IMG/VR virus record: IMGVR_UViG_2695421015_000001
Location: 32,001-96,000 of that record
Length of the DNA: 64,000 bases
DNA from: a virus
Lineage: Duplodnaviria; Caudoviricetes
Reading direction: 5' to 3' (one strand)
Each line of letters begins with the position of its first letter. Position 1 is the first letter of the stretch. Shown here piece by piece: positions 45,425-55,589 of the stretch. The notes under the pieces are model-generated. The model did no database searches. It saw only the letters and a program-made list of their open reading frames with translations, and was not told the origin of the DNA. A program made the position numbers and the translations under genes.

Positions 45425-45952
45425 ATGGCCCTGAAGAAGATCACGATCGGGATCAAAAAGACCGAGGGCGGCGGCCTCAAGAAAATCGACATGGCCTCGA
45501 TCGCCAAGCGGCGCGAAGCCGCCAAGGCCCTCGACTTCGTCGGCGACGGGGAAGACGCTCTCGCAGACATGCCGGAGGACCTCAAGCCGGAAGAGGAAGA
45601 GGCCGAGCGTCTGAAGCGCCTCGATACGGCGCTCAACGGCGAGAAGCCCGTCACGGACGGGTCGACGATCAAGGCCGACCTCAAGCGCCAGAACGAGGCC
45701 CACAAGAATCAGGGCGCCAACGACTACTATTTCGTCGTTGTGTTCGCCGACGGCGACGCTGCCACCGAGATGCTGAAGAAGACAGGCTATCCGAACCCGG
45801 ATGCCGAGTTCGTCGACGGCTACATTCTCGCCCAGTGCCTCGGCCACGAACTGCCCAGACCAAAATTCAAGTTACAGAAGATTCGTCCACCGCAAAGAAC
45901 ACTCGAGCGGCTGGTAACGGCGTTCCCCAAGAAGAAGGGGAACGAGGCGTAG
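45425..45952 (+). CDS. hypothetical protein upstream of the terminase
   Basis: 175 aa; YYFVVVF...FVDG..LA..LG. Confidence 0.7.
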   Translation: MALKKITIGIKKTEGGGLKKIDMASIAKRREAAKALDFVGDGEDALADMPEDLKPEEEEAERLKRLDTALNGEKPVTDGSTIKADLKRQNEAHKNQGANDYYFVVVFADGDAATEMLKKTGYPNPDAEFVDGYILAQCLGHELPRPKFKLQKIRPPQRTLERLVTAFPKKKGNEA

Positions 45953-45998
45953 CGTCGGCGCCTTCCCCGACGCATTTTAACCGGAAGGAGTAGCCATC

Positions 45999-46178
45999 AT
46001 GGCTAAGAAGGCAAAGAAGGCGAAAAAGGTCGCCAAGAAAACTCGCAAGACCGCCGCGAAAACCCGCAAGGCCGCGAAGAAGGCCAACAGTCGGAACAAC
46101 AAGAAAGCCGCGAAGAGCCGGAGCAAGAGCAAGAGCCGGTCGAACAAGGGCGGCTCCGACAACAGCCCGAAGAAGTAA
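45999..46178 (+). CDS. 59 aa Lys/Arg/Ser-rich histone-H1/protamine-like peptide (not in ORF track)
   Basis: AAGGAG RBS; MAKKAKKAKKVAKKTRKTAAKTRKAAKK...; followed by a terminator. Confidence 0.75.
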   Translation: MAKKAKKAKKVAKKTRKTAAKTRKAAKKANSRNNKKAAKSRSKSKSRSNKGGSDNSPKK

Positions 46179-46196
46179 CGGCTGCCATAGGCCGTT

Positions 46197-46238
46197 AAAG
46201 AAAGGGGCCTCCCCGACGGGACGGCCCCTTTCTTTTTG
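46197..46238 (+). terminator. intrinsic terminator
   Basis: AAAGAAAGGGGCC...GGCCCCTTTCTTTTT. Confidence 0.7.
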
Positions 46239-46251
46239 AGATCCCCCCACC

Positions 46252-46734
46252 ATGCCATACAAAGCACTCGCGAGCGACGGTAAGGACGGCCGCAAGCGCA
46301 AAGGCAAGCGCACGACCAAGAACTCCTCGACCGCCCCGCGCAAGCTCGTCATCACCGCCCGGTTCAGGGAGAAGGCCGCAGAGGCCGTCCAGTACCGGCT
46401 GCTCGGATACAAGTTCCAGCAGATCGCCGACGAGATGAAGATCGACATCGCGTACGCCCACCGCCTCGTCAAATGGGCCAAGGACCGCGAGCCGGTCGAA
46501 GGCGCTGCCGAGCTGAAAGCGCTCATGAGCGACCGTCTCGAAATGATGCTGACCGGCACGCTCGGTAATGCATTCGAGGGCGACAGCGAGGCGCAGGAGC
46601 AGTCGCGCCGGACCATGGAAATTCAGGCCAAGCTCCACGGCCTCTACGCGGCGCAGAAGCTGGAGCATTCAGGCGAGGTCGCCGGAGGCGGCACGTCCGT
46701 GATCGTCATCTCCTCGGACGATGCCAAGCTCTAA
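46252..46734 (+). CDS. terS: putative terminase small subunit (HTH)
   Basis: HTH-like G..FQQIADEM.I...AHRLV; KLHGL..A.KLEHSG; overlaps terL. Confidence 0.65.
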   Translation: MPYKALASDGKDGRKRKGKRTTKNSSTAPRKLVITARFREKAAEAVQYRLLGYKFQQIADEMKIDIAYAHRLVKWAKDREPVEGAAELKALMSDRLEMMLTGTLGNAFEGDSEAQEQSRRTMEIQAKLHGLYAAQKLEHSGEVAGGGTSVIVISSDDAKL

Positions 46735-48376
46735 GGGCGTCCGCAAAGTCCAGATCGGGGACAACGGCGGCCCCCCAATCAATAGCTGGGGAGAGAAGGG
46801 CGCTACGCCCGCTCAACTCAAGGCGACCAAACTGCTGGGCGGCCCGCAGCGCCACACCTGCCTCGTCGGCGGCGCGCGATCGGGCAAGACCACGACGCTG
46901 GTCCGCACCATCATGCTGCGTGCGATCCGCTTCCCGGGGTCGCGCCATGTGATCCTGCGCTTCCGCGCAGTCCACGCCGACGCTTCCGTCGCCCTCGATA
47001 CGATCCCGAAGGTGATGAAGATGTGCTTCCCCTCGCAGGGGTATAAGCACGTCAAGTCGCCTCACAACCTGATCCGCTTGCCGAACGGATCGGAAGTCTG
47101 GATCGGCGGCCTCGATGACGCCGCCCGCGTCGACAAGATCCTCGGCAACGAATACGCCACCATCTTTCTCAACGAGTGCAGCCAGATCAGCTGGTACTCG
47201 GCCAAGCTCGTCCGCTCCCGTCTCGCCCAGGTGATCGACGGTTGCACGCAGCGGATGCTCTACGACATCAACCCGGTCGGCAAGTCGCATTGGACCAACC
47301 AGCTGTTCGGGCTGAAGGTCGACCCCGACAACGGCCGCACGCCGCTCGGCGATCCCGAAAACTACGAGCGGATGTTCATCAATCCGATCGACAACGCCCA
47401 GAACCTCGACGCCGGCTACGTCAAGGAACTCGAGAACTCGACCGGCAACTACAACAAGCGCTTCTTCAAGGGCGAGTACATCGACGAGGTCAACAACGCG
47501 CTTTGGACCCTCGATCTGATCGAGGCTTGCCGCGTCAACCCCGGCGAGGAGCCCGAGTTCGTCCAGACCGTGATCGCAATCGACCCGTCGGGGGCGAGCG
47601 AAGCGGGCGATTCATCCGACATCGAGATGAAGCCGCTGAACGACGAGATCGGCATCATCGTCGCCTCGCTCGGCAAGGATCAGAAAGTCTACCTGCGCGC
47701 CGACCTGTCGTTGGTGGCCGGGCCCATCGGTCAGGGCATCGATCCCGAGACAGGGCAGAAGCGTCTTGGATGGGCCGAGGTGGCGGTCGCTGCCTACCAC
47801 TATTACAAGGCCGATCACATCCTCGCCGAGATCAACTACGGCGGCGGCATGGTCGAGGCCGTGATCCGCGCCCAGGACGGCAACGTGCCGGTCAAGACCG
47901 TGCGCGCCTCCACCGGCAAGCACATCCGGGCCGAGCCTGTATCCACGTTGTATACGCGCGACGGCGTCCGCCACGTCGGCCAGTTCCCGCAGCTGGAGGA
48001 TCAGCTTTGCGCGTTCACGTCGCTCGGATACGGCGGCGCCAAGTCGCCGGATCGCGCTGATGCGTGGGTCTGGGCAGTGACGGATATCGCGCTGCAGGAC
48101 GGCGCCAACAACTGGATCGAATACTACAGAAGGCTCAACGAGAAGGCCGGCACGCTTCCAGAGCAACAGGCCGACGAGAAGAAGCCGGAGTTCGGCTACG
48201 CGATCACTCCGCCAGACGCCAACAAGAAACACCGCGTGCTCGTGCCAGAGGGCATCAGCACGCTCTTCCTGATCGACGGGACCAGCATGCTGGTTCCCGT
48301 TGACCGCATCGTCTCGGTCTCCGCGGAGGACGCCACCGCATTTGGAATGCGCGGTTGGGAGCGTCTGGCCGCCTGA
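46721..48376 (+). CDS. terL: terminase large subunit
   Basis: Walker A GGARSGKT, Walker B IFLNE, nuclease IAIDPS, E.NYGG, SPDRADAWVWA. Confidence 0.92.
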   Translation: MPSSKGVRKVQIGDNGGPPINSWGEKGATPAQLKATKLLGGPQRHTCLVGGARSGKTTTLVRTIMLRAIRFPGSRHVILRFRAVHADASVALDTIPKVMKMCFPSQGYKHVKSPHNLIRLPNGSEVWIGGLDDAARVDKILGNEYATIFLNECSQISWYSAKLVRSRLAQVIDGCTQRMLYDINPVGKSHWTNQLFGLKVDPDNGRTPLGDPENYERMFINPIDNAQNLDAGYVKELENSTGNYNKRFFKGEYIDEVNNALWTLDLIEACRVNPGEEPEFVQTVIAIDPSGASEAGDSSDIEMKPLNDEIGIIVASLGKDQKVYLRADLSLVAGPIGQGIDPETGQKRLGWAEVAVAAYHYYKADHILAEINYGGGMVEAVIRAQDGNVPVKTVRASTGKHIRAEPVSTLYTRDGVRHVGQFPQLEDQLCAFTSLGYGGAKSPDRADAWVWAVTDIALQDGANNWIEYYRRLNEKAGTLPEQQADEKKPEFGYAITPPDANKKHRVLVPEGISTLFLIDGTSMLVPVDRIVSVSAEDATAFGMRGWERLAA

Positions 48377-48406
48377 CCATCACACCATCCTTGAAGAGGG
48401 ACGTTT

Positions 48407-48718
48407 ATGCCCAAGACCGCTAAAGACCCTCTCTCCGGCACCACCGTCGAGCCGATCATGGCCGCCCGCAATGGCGCAGTCGTGACGCCAAGCGACACCG
48501 AGGATCTTTTGAACGTCACCGCCGGCCTGATCGTGACGATCGGTTCCGGCGGTACCGGCATTGCGGTGATCTTCGCCAATGGCAGCGACCAGCAGGCTGT
48601 CGATATTCCGCTCGCGGTCGGGACCTATCAGTTCAACATGCAGGTCCGCCGCGTCATGGCGACCGGCACCGTGCTCGGCACCGGTGGTGGCGTTGTCGCG
48701 CTTTGGAGCCAGGGGTAA
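48407..48718 (+). CDS. small virion protein (spike/decoration-like)
   Basis: VTPSD...L.V..GG...V...G....VRRVMATGT. Confidence 0.6.
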   Translation: MPKTAKDPLSGTTVEPIMAARNGAVVTPSDTEDLLNVTAGLIVTIGSGGTGIAVIFANGSDQQAVDIPLAVGTYQFNMQVRRVMATGTVLGTGGGVVALWSQG

Positions 48719-48724
48719 CGGCTC

Positions 48725-50395
48725 GTGGTCGATAACGTCGGCGACGATCCTGACCTGAACAAGGTCTCGACTCCGCGTGGAGAGGGTCGCAGCATGACCG
48801 AGCTGTCGCAGCTCGGCTCCTATGACGTGCGCGTGAATGGCGCGCGCCCGCAGTCTGGCGTCCAGTTCTCCTACACTGGCCCGGACTGGATGGGGCCGCT
48901 GCTGCCGATGCAGCCGATCGCGCCGCCCGAGGTCGCCGGCCGCACATGGGACTATGTCCCCGGCTACAACCTCACGACGCAGCCGCGCGCCTATGAGCCG
49001 GTCAGCTTCCATGCCCTGCGCATGCTCGCCGAGAGCTTCGATCCCGTGCGCCTCATCATCGAGCGCCGCAAGGATCAGATGTGCCGGATGCCGTGGGCGA
49101 TCCGGGTCAAGCACGACGATCCGACCAAGAAGCGGCCAGCGATCACCGAGTTGCCGAAGGCCAAGCGTCAGCGCCTGGCCGACATCACGAATTTCTTCAA
49201 GTACCCCGACCGCGAGCTGACCTTCCGGGTCTGGCTGCGGGCGCTGCTGGAAGACCTGCTCGTCCTCGACGCGCCCAGCCTCTACTGCGAGCACAGCATC
49301 GGCGGCGACCTGATCGGCCTGCGCTACATCGACGGCTCGACCATCAAGCGCGTCATCGACGACTGGGGCCGCACGCCGCAGCCGATCGTCTGGACCGGAC
49401 AGCCTTTCGACTGGAACGGCTACACCGTCACGGCTGAGAACTTCCGGAGCCTCGGCTTCGTACTCGCCCCCGGCGAGGTCGTCGCCCACCAGATGCCGAT
49501 GGGTATGAAGACCCCGAAGCAGGTGCTGCTTCCGCCCGCCTATCAGCAGGTGCTCAAGGGTCTGCCCGCGGTCAACTACACGACGTGGGACCTGATCTAT
49601 CGTCCGCTCAATCTGCGCCCCGGCAAGGCCTACGGCCTGTCGCCGGTCGAGCAGGTGATGATGACCGTCTCGATCGCGATGCGCCGCAGCGTCGCTCAGC
49701 TCGAATACTTCCGCGAGGGCAACCAGCCCGACGCCGTGTACGGCCTGCCGGAGTCGTGGACGCCGGATCAGATCCAGCGTTTCCAAGACTATTGGGACGG
49801 CCTGTATTCCGGCAATCTGGCGATGCGCCGACGGATGAAGTTCGTCGCCGGCGAGGGCAAGTACACCCCGACCCACGAACCGCCGCTCAAGAACGAGTTC
49901 GACGAGTGGCTGGTCCGCATCGTCTGCTTCGCCTTCTCGTATCCGCCGCAGGCCTTTGTCGCGCTCTCGAACCGCTCGACCGCCGAGCAGCACGAGAAGA
50001 CGGCCGAGGAGGAGGGGCTCGACCCGCTCAAGGAGTGGGCGGGTGAGATGTTCAACGAGATCATCACACGCCGTTTCGGCGACGATGACATCGAGTTCGC
50101 GTGGACCGAAGAGGAAGAGGTCGACCAAGAAAAGCAGTCGACCATCCTGCGCGGCTACGCCGAGGACGGCATGCTCACCATCAATCAGGTGCGCGAGAAG
50201 CTCGGCGAGCAACCCGATCCGAACCCGGCGGCCAACCAGCTCATGGTCAAAACGGCCACCGGCTACGTGCCGATCGACGCCAACCTGATCGACAAGCAGG
50301 TCGAGGCGGCCAAGGCGATGGCAGCTGCCGTCCCGCCGACACCCACACCGGTCACGACCGGCGGGCCCAAGCCCGCCCCCGACGAAGACGAGTGA
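48725..50395 (+). CDS. portal protein
   Basis: After terL; LLEDLLVLDA, YGLSPVE, YFREG..P, ICFAF..PP, TINQVRE.LG..P. Confidence 0.9.
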   Translation: MVDNVGDDPDLNKVSTPRGEGRSMTELSQLGSYDVRVNGARPQSGVQFSYTGPDWMGPLLPMQPIAPPEVAGRTWDYVPGYNLTTQPRAYEPVSFHALRMLAESFDPVRLIIERRKDQMCRMPWAIRVKHDDPTKKRPAITELPKAKRQRLADITNFFKYPDRELTFRVWLRALLEDLLVLDAPSLYCEHSIGGDLIGLRYIDGSTIKRVIDDWGRTPQPIVWTGQPFDWNGYTVTAENFRSLGFVLAPGEVVAHQMPMGMKTPKQVLLPPAYQQVLKGLPAVNYTTWDLIYRPLNLRPGKAYGLSPVEQVMMTVSIAMRRSVAQLEYFREGNQPDAVYGLPESWTPDQIQRFQDYWDGLYSGNLAMRRRMKFVAGEGKYTPTHEPPLKNEFDEWLVRIVCFAFSYPPQAFVALSNRSTAEQHEKTAEEEGLDPLKEWAGEMFNEIITRRFGDDDIEFAWTEEEEVDQEKQSTILRGYAEDGMLTINQVREKLGEQPDPNPAANQLMVKTATGYVPIDANLIDKQVEAAKAMAAAVPPTPTPVTTGGPKPAPDEDE

Positions 50396-50558
50396 TCGAT
50401 ATGCCCAGACCAGCAGGCTCCTATCGCGGCGCCCGCCGCAACGAGGCGAAGCAGAGCAAGAAGCCGATGCTGACCCTCGAAGAACTCCGCCGCATCAACG
50501 CGATGCGGATCGAGCGAACGAAGCCCGATAACCGCAAGCAGAGCGAAGCCCTGAGAAA

Positions 50559-51989
50559 ATGACCACGCATCGACTGATCCCGCCGGCCGTCGCGTCAAAG
50601 GTCACTCTCGACGGTCGCGTCTATGATCCGGCCGCCGGTGGGCAGGACGTCCCCGACTATGATTCCATGGCGCTGCAAGCGAATGGCTGGAGCTTTCTGG
50701 CCGTCAGCGGCCCCACGTCGGCGCGACCGCACGCGGCTGTCGGGCCTTATCCGTTGCTTCGCGGCACCACGTTCTGGGACACGTCCGTCGACCATCTGGT
50801 CTCGTGGGACGGGGCAACATGGCGCGACGAAAACGGCAACATACCGCAGGTCACATTCCCGCTGCAGGCGCGGATGGTCGGCCTTGGTGACTCCATCATG
50901 GCAGGCTCGGTGGGGCCGAGCCTTCTGAACCCGGCGCTCTACTACAGCGGTGGCCGGTTCTATCTCGTATCCAACCAAGGCGTTGGCGGGTCAACCACGG
51001 TCGATATGCTTTCGCGGAACGCCACGACCACCGGCGGCGTCGCCAGCACGCTGACGCTGTCTCCTGACGTGGTCGATCTGCACATCGGCACCAACGACAT
51101 CACGGGCCTTGGGTCGGGCGCGGCGGCGATCTTCGCCAACATCCAGGCGATCGTCAGCGAACTCACTGCCGGCGGCGTGAAGGCGGTCTTCGTCCACACC
51201 GTCCTGCCGCGCAGCGACAGCGCGTGGACCGCCGCCTACGAGACGGTCAGGCAGGCGCTCAACGCCAGCATCATGACGCTGCAGTATCCGGCGATCCCGG
51301 TGAACCTCGAAACCATCGGCTTCAACTCGACGATCGGTGTCGACACTGTCGAGGGTCTGCACCCGAACAGGCCCGGCGCGTGGCTGGTCGGATCGGCGGT
51401 CGGCGCAGCATGGGCGTCGAAAGCGGTTACCAACTCTGTGCTGTTCAACAGCGCATCCGACTGGGGCAATCTGCTCGTCGACAACGACATGACCGAGGGA
51501 ACGGCCGGCGTCCTTCTTGGCACTGGCACGACCGGCAGCGTTCCTACCGGGTGGAATGCCGGCGTCAACGTGACCGGCATGACAACAACGTGCTCGATCG
51601 CGACAAAGAACGGCTTCCCTCAGATGGTCGCCAACTTCAGCGGGACGCCCGGCTCCTCCGGCATTCTCCTGCTCTATCGAGATCAGGCCTACAGCGGCAA
51701 CATCGGCGATGTCTACGACTGCTGGGCTGATGTCGAGATGGCCGGACTGACCGGAGTCGGCGGCACCTTTTTCGCAACGGATGGCGTGACGGTTTGGGAG
51801 GCCTCCGGCAACGCGCTGGGGCAGCCGCCGAATTTCAACGGCATCATGCGCGGCGGCCCGGCCGCCCCGCTCACGGCGGCCCGCACCGTGTCCAGATTCC
51901 AGTTCGGCGTCTATCTCGAGTCCGGCGTGGCCTGCAGCGGAACAATCAAGCTCTCGCGCTGCACCTGGCGCAAGAACCCATCACCGTAA
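50559..51989 (+). CDS. virion-associated SGNH/GDSL esterase
   Basis: GDS, N.GVGG, GTND, EGLHPN blocks; N-terminus paralogous to 52022-52321. Confidence 0.8.
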   Translation: MTTHRLIPPAVASKVTLDGRVYDPAAGGQDVPDYDSMALQANGWSFLAVSGPTSARPHAAVGPYPLLRGTTFWDTSVDHLVSWDGATWRDENGNIPQVTFPLQARMVGLGDSIMAGSVGPSLLNPALYYSGGRFYLVSNQGVGGSTTVDMLSRNATTTGGVASTLTLSPDVVDLHIGTNDITGLGSGAAAIFANIQAIVSELTAGGVKAVFVHTVLPRSDSAWTAAYETVRQALNASIMTLQYPAIPVNLETIGFNSTIGVDTVEGLHPNRPGAWLVGSAVGAAWASKAVTNSVLFNSASDWGNLLVDNDMTEGTAGVLLGTGTTGSVPTGWNAGVNVTGMTTTCSIATKNGFPQMVANFSGTPGSSGILLLYRDQAYSGNIGDVYDCWADVEMAGLTGVGGTFFATDGVTVWEASGNALGQPPNFNGIMRGGPAAPLTAARTVSRFQFGVYLESGVACSGTIKLSRCTWRKNPSP

Positions 51990-52021
51990 CAAAAACCGAA
52001 CTCAGCCCAAGGGGAATGTAA

Positions 52022-52321
52022 ATGACCGCGCCGCTCACGCACCGTCTGATCCCGCCCGCCAACGGCGGCAACGTCAAGGTCAACGGCCGCACCTATTCCG
52101 CCACTGCCGGCGCTCAGGACGTGCCGGAGTTCGACGCCACGCATCTTCAGGCCAACGGTTGGACCTACCTCGCACCGTCGGGGCCGACCACCCAGCGTCC
52201 GACCAGCGAACTCGGTGTCTATCCGCGCGTGCGCGGCGCCAAGTTCTGGGACGCCACGCTCTCGCACATGGTGATCTGGGACGGCGCGAACTGGCGCAAC
52301 GAGGCGGGCGCCATCTCGTAA
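52022..52321 (+). CDS. small virion protein
   Basis: Paralog of the N-terminal 95 aa of 50559-51989. Confidence 0.75.
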   Translation: MTAPLTHRLIPPANGGNVKVNGRTYSATAGAQDVPEFDATHLQANGWTYLAPSGPTTQRPTSELGVYPRVRGAKFWDATLSHMVIWDGANWRNEAGAIS

Positions 52322-52482
52322 TTCCGCTCCTCGGCCAGTCGCAGGTCGATCGACCACAGCACCGCAAGCATGACGCGGTTGTTGATGTGGCGCCGCCACT
52401 CCTCGTCGCTCAGAACCGCGATGTCGCCGGTGGCTGTGATCTCAAGGTCATCCATGCGGATCACCCTTAAGAGGAAATTGAA

Positions 52483-55400
52483 GTGACCGCAATCGAGAAA
52501 TCGACCTTTGCCGAACCGGCATCGGCGACGAGCGGCTTGCAGGGCTACGACCTCGAAGGCGCCAGCAACAACAAGCGCACGTTCTATCGCCATGGCGGCA
52601 AGATCACGCTTGGCCCCGAGAAGTGCGAGGAGCCTGACGTCGAGAAGCAGGCGCCGATCCTTGCCGCCGGTTTCGCGCTCGTCACCGACGAGGGCAAGGC
52701 GCTGTTCCTCAAGCGCAGCGGCGGCGATGGCGGCGACCACGCCGGCGAGTGGTGCTTCCCGGGAGGGAAGATCGAGCCGGGCGAGACGGCCTTGCAGGCC
52801 GCGATCCGCGAGACGTTCGAAGAGATCAGCTTCAGGCTCGATCCCGAGGGCGACCGCGTCGAGGTCTGCCGCGTCACGCTCAACGGTGTCGACTTTACCA
52901 CCTTCTTCCAGCGCGTCGACGAGTTCGAGCCCAAGCTCGACCATGAACACACAGCGTTTCGCTGGGCTTCGGTCGAAAAGCCGCCGGAGCCGCTGCATCC
53001 CGGCGTTCGCGCCTCGCTGCCGCTGGTGATTTCGCAGGCGATCGACACGACTATGAAGGTCGCCAAGGGCGAGAAGCGCACGCTCTACATCAAGCGCCGG
53101 CTGCGAAACGCCGAGACGCTGAAGCAGTGGGCGGACGCTAACGGCTTTCCGACCACGCTTACCACCGACGATATGCACGTCACCATCGCGTATTCGCGCG
53201 AGCCGGTGGAGTGGGCACAAGTTCCGCGCTCGTCGCAGCCGATCATTCGGATCGAAGGCGGCGCACGCACTCTCGATCGTCTCGGCAAGGATGGCGAAGC
53301 GCTCGTGCTTCGCTTCTCGTCCGACGATCTCGCCTCGCGTCATCGCGAGATCCACGACGCTGGCGCCGTCTGGTCGTGGCCTGACTACAAGCCGCACATC
53401 ACCCTGACCTACCAAGGAGAGGGGCTTCCGCTCGATCGGTTGGTCCCTTGGGACGGCGTGCTCGAATTTGGCCCCGAAGAATGGGCCGAAGTCAAAGAAA
53501 ATTGGATGGCAACCGTCGTCGAGAAATCCGACGCAGGAGAAGTAGAAATGGATAACCTTTCCTTGTTCGTGCAGCTGCACAAGGTCGATGTCGAGAAGCA
53601 GACCGTCTACGGCACTGCGGTCGAAGAAGTGGCCGATCGCGCTGGCGAGATTTTCGACTACGCCACCTCCAAGGGCGAGTTCGAGAAGTGGTCGGGCGAT
53701 ATTGAAAAGTCCACGGACGGCAAGTCCAAGGGCAATGTGCGCGCGATGCATGGCAAGGTCGCCGCCGGCAAACTGACCGACATCGGCTTCGACGACAAGC
53801 GCAAGGCGATCGATGTCGCCGCCAAGATCGTCGACAAGGACGAATGGCAGAAGGTTCTGGAGGGTGTTTACACCGGCTTCTCCATCGGCGGCTCTTATCT
53901 CAAGCGCTGGACCGACGGCGATTTGAAGCGCTACACCGCGCGCCCCGCCGAAATTTCGCTGGTCGATCTGCCGTGCGTACCGACCGCCACCTTCTCCATC
54001 ATCAAGGCGGATGGCTCCCAGGAGATGCGCAAGTTCCAGCAGCCCGCTGCGGACGAGCCCGTCACCATCAGCAACGAGGCCGTCGCAGAGCGCGCGACCG
54101 ATCTCGCCAAGGCCGCCGGCGATGCCGGCCAGTGGCTCGCTCATATCGCCGATGCCCGCAAGCAGCTCGAAGACGAGGTCGCGAAGGCGGCTGAAGCGGC
54201 CAAGGTTGTCGAGCCGGTGGTTGTTGACACAGAAGTCAACAAGGACGGTGTGACCGTCGATGCCGACGCCGGCCGGACCACTCCCGACGACGTCGAGCAG
54301 GTCTGGGTATCCAAGCGCCTGCCCGGTGCGACCTTCGCCAAGAAGGGCGACCTCGCCAAGGCGCTGCTCGAACTCGACGCCAAGGAAGCGGCTGCCGCCG
54401 CTGCCGCGCCGGTGCTTGATGCGCTCAAGGCCGTGACCGGTACCGGCATGGATACTCAGGCCGTGTCCACGCACAAGGACAAGAACTCCAAGACCAACGT
54501 CGAGCACGCATCCGGCAAGACGGACAAGACCAACCCCGAGAAGGTCGACGGCAGGAAGCCGAAGGGCGCCGACACCAACGTGGAGGCAACCTCCGGCGTC
54601 AAGCCCGCCGGCAACAGCGTCAACACCGAACAGACCGACCCGAAGAACAACGAGACGACCGACCTCTATGGCGGTGCAGACTCGACGGCTGGCAAGCGCG
54701 CCCCGATCGAGAGCGTGAAGGATCTCGAGATCGCGCTCAAGTCGCACCAGCCCGGACAGGCCGGTCTCGCGATGAAGCGTCACCTGATCAAGGCCGCACG
54801 CACTCTCGGCTCGATCGACCTGCTGCCGGAAGGCTGGGTCAACAAGGCCGAGAAGGTCGAACTGGAGAAGGCGGCCGACATCCACTTCGTGGCCGACCTC
54901 CTGCACATGCTCGCCTGCGTGGAATGCCTTGAAGAGCGCGCCGAGTTCACCTCGCTGTGGGGCGGCATCACCGTTCCGAAGGAGCTGACCGACCGCTTCG
55001 GCAGCGCGCTGGTCGAGATCGGCGACATTGTCTCCGACATGCTCGACCTGGTGCTCAACGAAATCCGCACCGAGGAGGCGAGCGAGGCCTCGAAGGCGGC
55101 GGTGTTCGTCGATCTGCTCAAGCGCGGCGCCCGTCACTCGGCTCGCGACAAGGCCATCATCAAGAAGACCCACGACCACATGGTCGAACTCGACAAGTCG
55201 TGCTGCGGCGGCGGTATGGACAAGACCGTGACCGTCGATGTGGCCAAGGCTGCCGAAATCGAAGCGGTCACCGCCGAGAACGAGCAGCTCAAGGCCGAGA
55301 AGGCCGCCCATGGCGAACTGCTCAAGGACATCAAGGCCGGCATCGAAGCGATGACGACCAAGATGGCCACCATGGAGACCGAGAACGCGGCGCTCAAGAA

Positions 55401-55584
55401 GAGTTCCGAGGAGATCAGGGTCGATCTCTCCGCCATCCGCTTCACGCCGGCGCCGGTGCCACCCGGCACGTTCCGCGTGATCGAGAAGGGCCTGCCCATC
55501 CAGGACATCTCCACGATCAGCGACGCTGAACTTCAGCGCCGCGGCGCGGAGGCGCAGGCCACCCGGTTCATGGGGCCTCGCTAA
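52483..55584 (+). CDS. fusion: NUDIX hydrolase + Acb1-like 2H phosphoesterase + prohead protease + scaffold
   Basis: Nudix box GKIEPGETALQAAIRETFEE; HVTIAYSR and HITLTY; VRAMH, GFSIGG, EISLVD.P; coiled-coil tail. Confidence 0.85.
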   Translation: MTAIEKSTFAEPASATSGLQGYDLEGASNNKRTFYRHGGKITLGPEKCEEPDVEKQAPILAAGFALVTDEGKALFLKRSGGDGGDHAGEWCFPGGKIEPGETALQAAIRETFEEISFRLDPEGDRVEVCRVTLNGVDFTTFFQRVDEFEPKLDHEHTAFRWASVEKPPEPLHPGVRASLPLVISQAIDTTMKVAKGEKRTLYIKRRLRNAETLKQWADANGFPTTLTTDDMHVTIAYSREPVEWAQVPRSSQPIIRIEGGARTLDRLGKDGEALVLRFSSDDLASRHREIHDAGAVWSWPDYKPHITLTYQGEGLPLDRLVPWDGVLEFGPEEWAEVKENWMATVVEKSDAGEVEMDNLSLFVQLHKVDVEKQTVYGTAVEEVADRAGEIFDYATSKGEFEKWSGDIEKSTDGKSKGNVRAMHGKVAAGKLTDIGFDDKRKAIDVAAKIVDKDEWQKVLEGVYTGFSIGGSYLKRWTDGDLKRYTARPAEISLVDLPCVPTATFSIIKADGSQEMRKFQQPAADEPVTISNEAVAERATDLAKAAGDAGQWLAHIADARKQLEDEVAKAAEAAKVVEPVVVDTEVNKDGVTVDADAGRTTPDDVEQVWVSKRLPGATFAKKGDLAKALLELDAKEAAAAAAAPVLDALKAVTGTGMDTQAVSTHKDKNSKTNVEHASGKTDKTNPEKVDGRKPKGADTNVEATSGVKPAGNSVNTEQTDPKNNETTDLYGGADSTAGKRAPIESVKDLEIALKSHQPGQAGLAMKRHLIKAARTLGSIDLLPEGWVNKAEKVELEKAADIHFVADLLHMLACVECLEERAEFTSLWGGITVPKELTDRFGSALVEIGDIVSDMLDLVLNEIRTEEASEASKAAVFVDLLKRGARHSARDKAIIKKTHDHMVELDKSCCGGGMDKTVTVDVAKAAEIEAVTAENEQLKAEKAAHGELLKDIKAGIEAMTTKMATMETENAALKKSSEEIRVDLSAIRFTPAPVPPGTFRVIEKGLPIQDISTISDAELQRRGAEAQATRFMGPR

Positions 55585-55589
55585 AATAG

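Noticed and set aside
52219-55311. 1030 aa minus-strand ORF (also 48380-50212, 56739-58505, 8940-10076 and similar)
   Set aside because: Antisense shadows of real genes caused by high-GC codon bias; no RBS or recognisable motifs.
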